The position numbers and the translations under genes were made by a program. Shown here piece by piece: positions 16,479 through 18,567 of a stretch of 18,567 nucleotides of DNA. Source of the stretch: an uncultured Anaerolineales bacterium (GTDB lineage Bacteria; Chloroflexota; Anaerolineae; CG2-30-64-16); NCBI GenBank assembly GCA_964423545.1, contig CAYRFV010000092.1:1-18567 (forward strand). Reading direction: 5' to 3'. Each line of letters starts with the position of its first letter. Position 1 is the first letter of the stretch. Below the pieces are notes generated by a model that was not told where the DNA came from, did no database searches, and worked only from the letters and a program-made list of their open reading frames with translations.

Positions 16479-17465
16479 ATGGCAGACAAGTTCACTATCA
16501 CCATCGTCGGCCTGGGACTGATCGGCGCATCGGCCGGGCTGGCCCTCCATCGCTACCAGGACAAGGTGACCATCGTCGGGCACGATCCCGACCCGGCATG
16601 GGCCGGCAAGGCCAAGCAGATGGGCGCCGTGGATCGCACGGAATGGAATCTCATCAACAGCGTGAGCAAGGCGGATCGCGTCATCCTGGCGCTGCCTGCC
16701 GGCACGCTGCGCGAGACGTTCGAGATTGTTGCGCAGGACCTTAAGCCGGGCTGCGTAGTGTTGGACCTGTCGAGCGTCAAGACGCCGGTGCTCCAATGGG
16801 CCGACGAGCTGCTGCCAGACAATGTGCACTTCATCGGTGGGCATCCGATCATCCTGGCCGAAAACATGGACACAGCCAGCGCCCGCGCCGATCTGTTCGA
16901 AAAGAAGCTCTTCTGCATCATCCCCGGCCGGCGCGCCAGCGAACAGGCAATGAACCTGGCGATCGACCTGGTGCAGGCGATGGGTGCGCAACCGTTCTTC
17001 CTCGACGCCGTGGAGCACGATGGCATGGCGGCCGCAGTGGATCAACTGCCGGTCGTGATCGCCGGGGCGCTGATGGCGATCACGAACGGCAGCCCCGGCT
17101 GGAAAGATATGCGCAAACTGGCCGGCAGCCAGTTTTACTCCAGCACGTGGGTGGCCGAGGGAGATCCGAAAGGGGCGGCCGGCACCTGTCTTGCCAACCG
17201 AGAGCACGTGTTGCGCTGGATCGACACCCTCATCGGCGAACTGGAGGCGTGGCAGCAGCTTCTCCAGGCCGGCGATCAAGAAGCGCTGGCAAGGAAATTC
17301 GATGGGGGCCTTCAGGCAACGGCTGCCTGGGTGCGCGCCCAGATGCAGGGCAACTGGGAGGAACAGCAGGGCTCGATGAGCGACATTCCGACCAGTGGCG
17401 TCTACATGCGCCAGATGATCGGCTTCGGGGGGATGACCCGCCGGCCGGGCAAGCCACCCAAGTAG
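16479..17465 (+). CDS. tyrA: prephenate/arogenate dehydrogenase (TyrA family)
   Basis: The ATG at 16479 (MADKFTITIVGLGLIGASAGLAL) has GAGGA 9 nt upstream. The track start at 16470 has no spacer. It carries the Rossmann 'IVGLGLIGAS' motif and 'VLDLSSVK', 'FIGGHPI', 'HDGMAAAVDQLP'. Confidence 0.85.
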   Translation: MADKFTITIVGLGLIGASAGLALHRYQDKVTIVGHDPDPAWAGKAKQMGAVDRTEWNLINSVSKADRVILALPAGTLRETFEIVAQDLKPGCVVLDLSSVKTPVLQWADELLPDNVHFIGGHPIILAENMDTASARADLFEKKLFCIIPGRRASEQAMNLAIDLVQAMGAQPFFLDAVEHDGMAAAVDQLPVVIAGALMAITNGSPGWKDMRKLAGSQFYSSTWVAEGDPKGAAGTCLANREHVLRWIDTLIGELEAWQQLLQAGDQEALARKFDGGLQATAAWVRAQMQGNWEEQQGSMSDIPTSGVYMRQMIGFGGMTRRPGKPPK

Positions 17466-17510
17466 ACACAGAGGCCGCCCTTCTCGCGGCAACCAGGCCG
17501 GGCTGTGAGC

Positions 17511-18567
17511 TCAACGGTCCATTGCGAACAGATGAACGCTTGCGCCCGGCAGCCTGAGCTGATCAGCGGCCGCGCCGTAGCGCGCCAGGTGCCGCAAGAT
17601 GAAGGCTTCTTCGTCGCCTTCGCTGCCCGTGTGCACGTGGGAGAACAACAGCCAGACGCGTCCTTTGCCGCGCAGCGTCTCGACATCCTCAAGATACCTC
17701 TGCGGATTTGATCGGCCATAGCGTCCCCTGACATAGTTGGATGAATCGAAACCGTACATGGGCGCGTAATATCGGAACGCGTGCTCGGCGCCGTAGTAGA
17801 CGTAGATGCTGTCATCGGGTTGGCGGTGGGCCTGCACATACGCCAGGGCCGGCCGGAGGTGCTCGCCCATCGGCGGCGCAAGGAACTTGTTGGCCGCGTT
17901 CATGCTCGGCTCCCAGAGCAGGATCACAGACAACAGCACCCAGACGCCCGTCGCGAAGGGGCCGGTCTGCCGCAACGCCAGGCGCACCCCCTCCAACCCG
18001 GCGCCGATCGCAATGAGCAGGCTGGGTACGGCGAACAGCAACAGACGTCCGCCAAACGGGTACATGCGCGCCGCCGATGCCGCGAGCGCCAGCAACAGGG
18101 GGAGGAACAACGCGACTGCCCAGGGCGGTCGCCGTCGCGCCAGCAAGACCGCACCCGAGAGCCCGAGGAGCAGCCCGAGCGACCCTGCTGAAAGCCCCGC
18201 AGGATTCACGAAGAGATTACGCAGTGCATCAAGCACCCATTGCAGATGAGCCCAGGGCGGCATCGGCATGAACGCCGGCTGCCAGAAAGCAAGCAGTCCC
18301 CTGCTCGCGGTCAGGTGGCGCAGCGAGGTAAGGTAAAGCAGACCGAAGCTGGCACTCCATACCAGTCCAGGCAGCATCAGCCGGCGGAGTCCGCGGCGAT
18401 CTTTGCGCGCGAAACTGGAGACAAACAGCGCAACGCCGATGCTGGCTAGCACGAACGCGGCTGGATGAGCGGCCCACAGCGCAAGCGCGCCGCCGAATGT
18501 CAAGAGCAGATAGCCCCTCGGCGCTCCACGCCCCTCCAGGTGAGGCGCGGCAGCCAGGTAGAGCAGC
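17511..18567 (-). CDS. polytopic membrane protein, C-terminal part (reading frame is open to the window end); possibly the ArnT/PMT-like glycosyltransferase (GT39/GT83) or a related family
   Basis: The minus-strand frame stays open through 18567 (LLYLAAAPHLEGRGAPRGYLLLTFGGALALWAA...). It has multiple hydrophobic helices followed by a soluble C-terminal domain (...YVYYGAEHAFRYYAPMYGF...). The family assignment is a guess. Confidence 0.5.
   Translation of the reverse strand, partial: LLYLAAAPHLEGRGAPRGYLLLTFGGALALWAAHPAAFVLASIGVALFVSSFARKDRRGLRRLMLPGLVWSASFGLLYLTSLRHLTASRGLLAFWQPAFMPMPPWAHLQWVLDALRNLFVNPAGLSAGSLGLLLGLSGAVLLARRRPPWAVALFLPLLLALAASAARMYPFGGRLLLFAVPSLLIAIGAGLEGVRLALRQTGPFATGVWVLLSVILLWEPSMNAANKFLAPPMGEHLRPALAYVQAHRQPDDSIYVYYGAEHAFRYYAPMYGFDSSNYVRGRYGRSNPQRYLEDVETLRGKGRVWLLFSHVHTGSEGDEEAFILRHLARYGAAADQLRLPGASVHLFAMDR

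Noticed and set aside
16413-17492. 359-aa minus-strand ORF antisense to tyrA
   Set aside because: The Rossmann GxGxxG and prephenate dehydrogenase motifs are on the plus strand. The antisense ORF is an artefact.

Overview
This is a high-GC (about 65-70%) bacterial chromosomal window with no mobile elements, CRISPR arrays or tRNA/rRNA genes detected. There are 15 protein-coding genes, two of them open to the window edges.

Gene content, in order:
- pcm, partial, minus strand (1..270).
- kbl, glycine C-acetyltransferase (512..1696).
- A lipoprotein with two LysM domains (1800..2468).
- An SPFH/band-7 protein (2714..3772).
- A CbpA-type J-domain co-chaperone (3857..4804).
- A 518-aa ORF whose N-terminus is an HspR-like MerR-family heat-shock repressor and whose C-terminal ~360 aa is a complete eRF1/Pelota-like three-domain module (5099..6655).
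- A ClpC-type AAA+ unfoldase carrying a ClpP-docking IGF loop (6819..9326).
- Minus strand: psuG with a 38-aa in-frame low-complexity insertion (9352..10356), a second SPFH-domain membrane protein (10550..11578), a GT4 glycosyltransferase that stops inside its conserved EX7E motif (11628..12617), and a GH2 beta-mannosidase-like hydrolase (12730..15090).
- Plus strand: an M50 site-2-protease-family metalloprotease (15261..15905) translationally coupled to an HD-domain protein (15905..16462), and a prephenate/arogenate dehydrogenase (16479..17465).
- A partial polytopic membrane protein, minus strand (17511..18567).

Promoters are sigma-70-like throughout, several with extended -10 (TGn) elements and one at full consensus (TTGACA-N17-TATACT upstream of the cbpA-like gene).

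The standout is the HspR::eRF1-like fusion sitting between a J-protein and ClpC. It joins a heat-shock transcriptional repressor to a ribosome-rescue/release-factor-superfamily domain. That domain has GGW where eRF1 has GGQ, and a Cys4 zinc ribbon where eRF1 has its mini-domain. An internal Shine-Dalgarno sequence plus ATG sits at the fusion junction. I propose this as a candidate link between ribosome stalling/quality control and the HspR heat-shock regulon. All homology statements rest on motif recognition by eye and need database confirmation.
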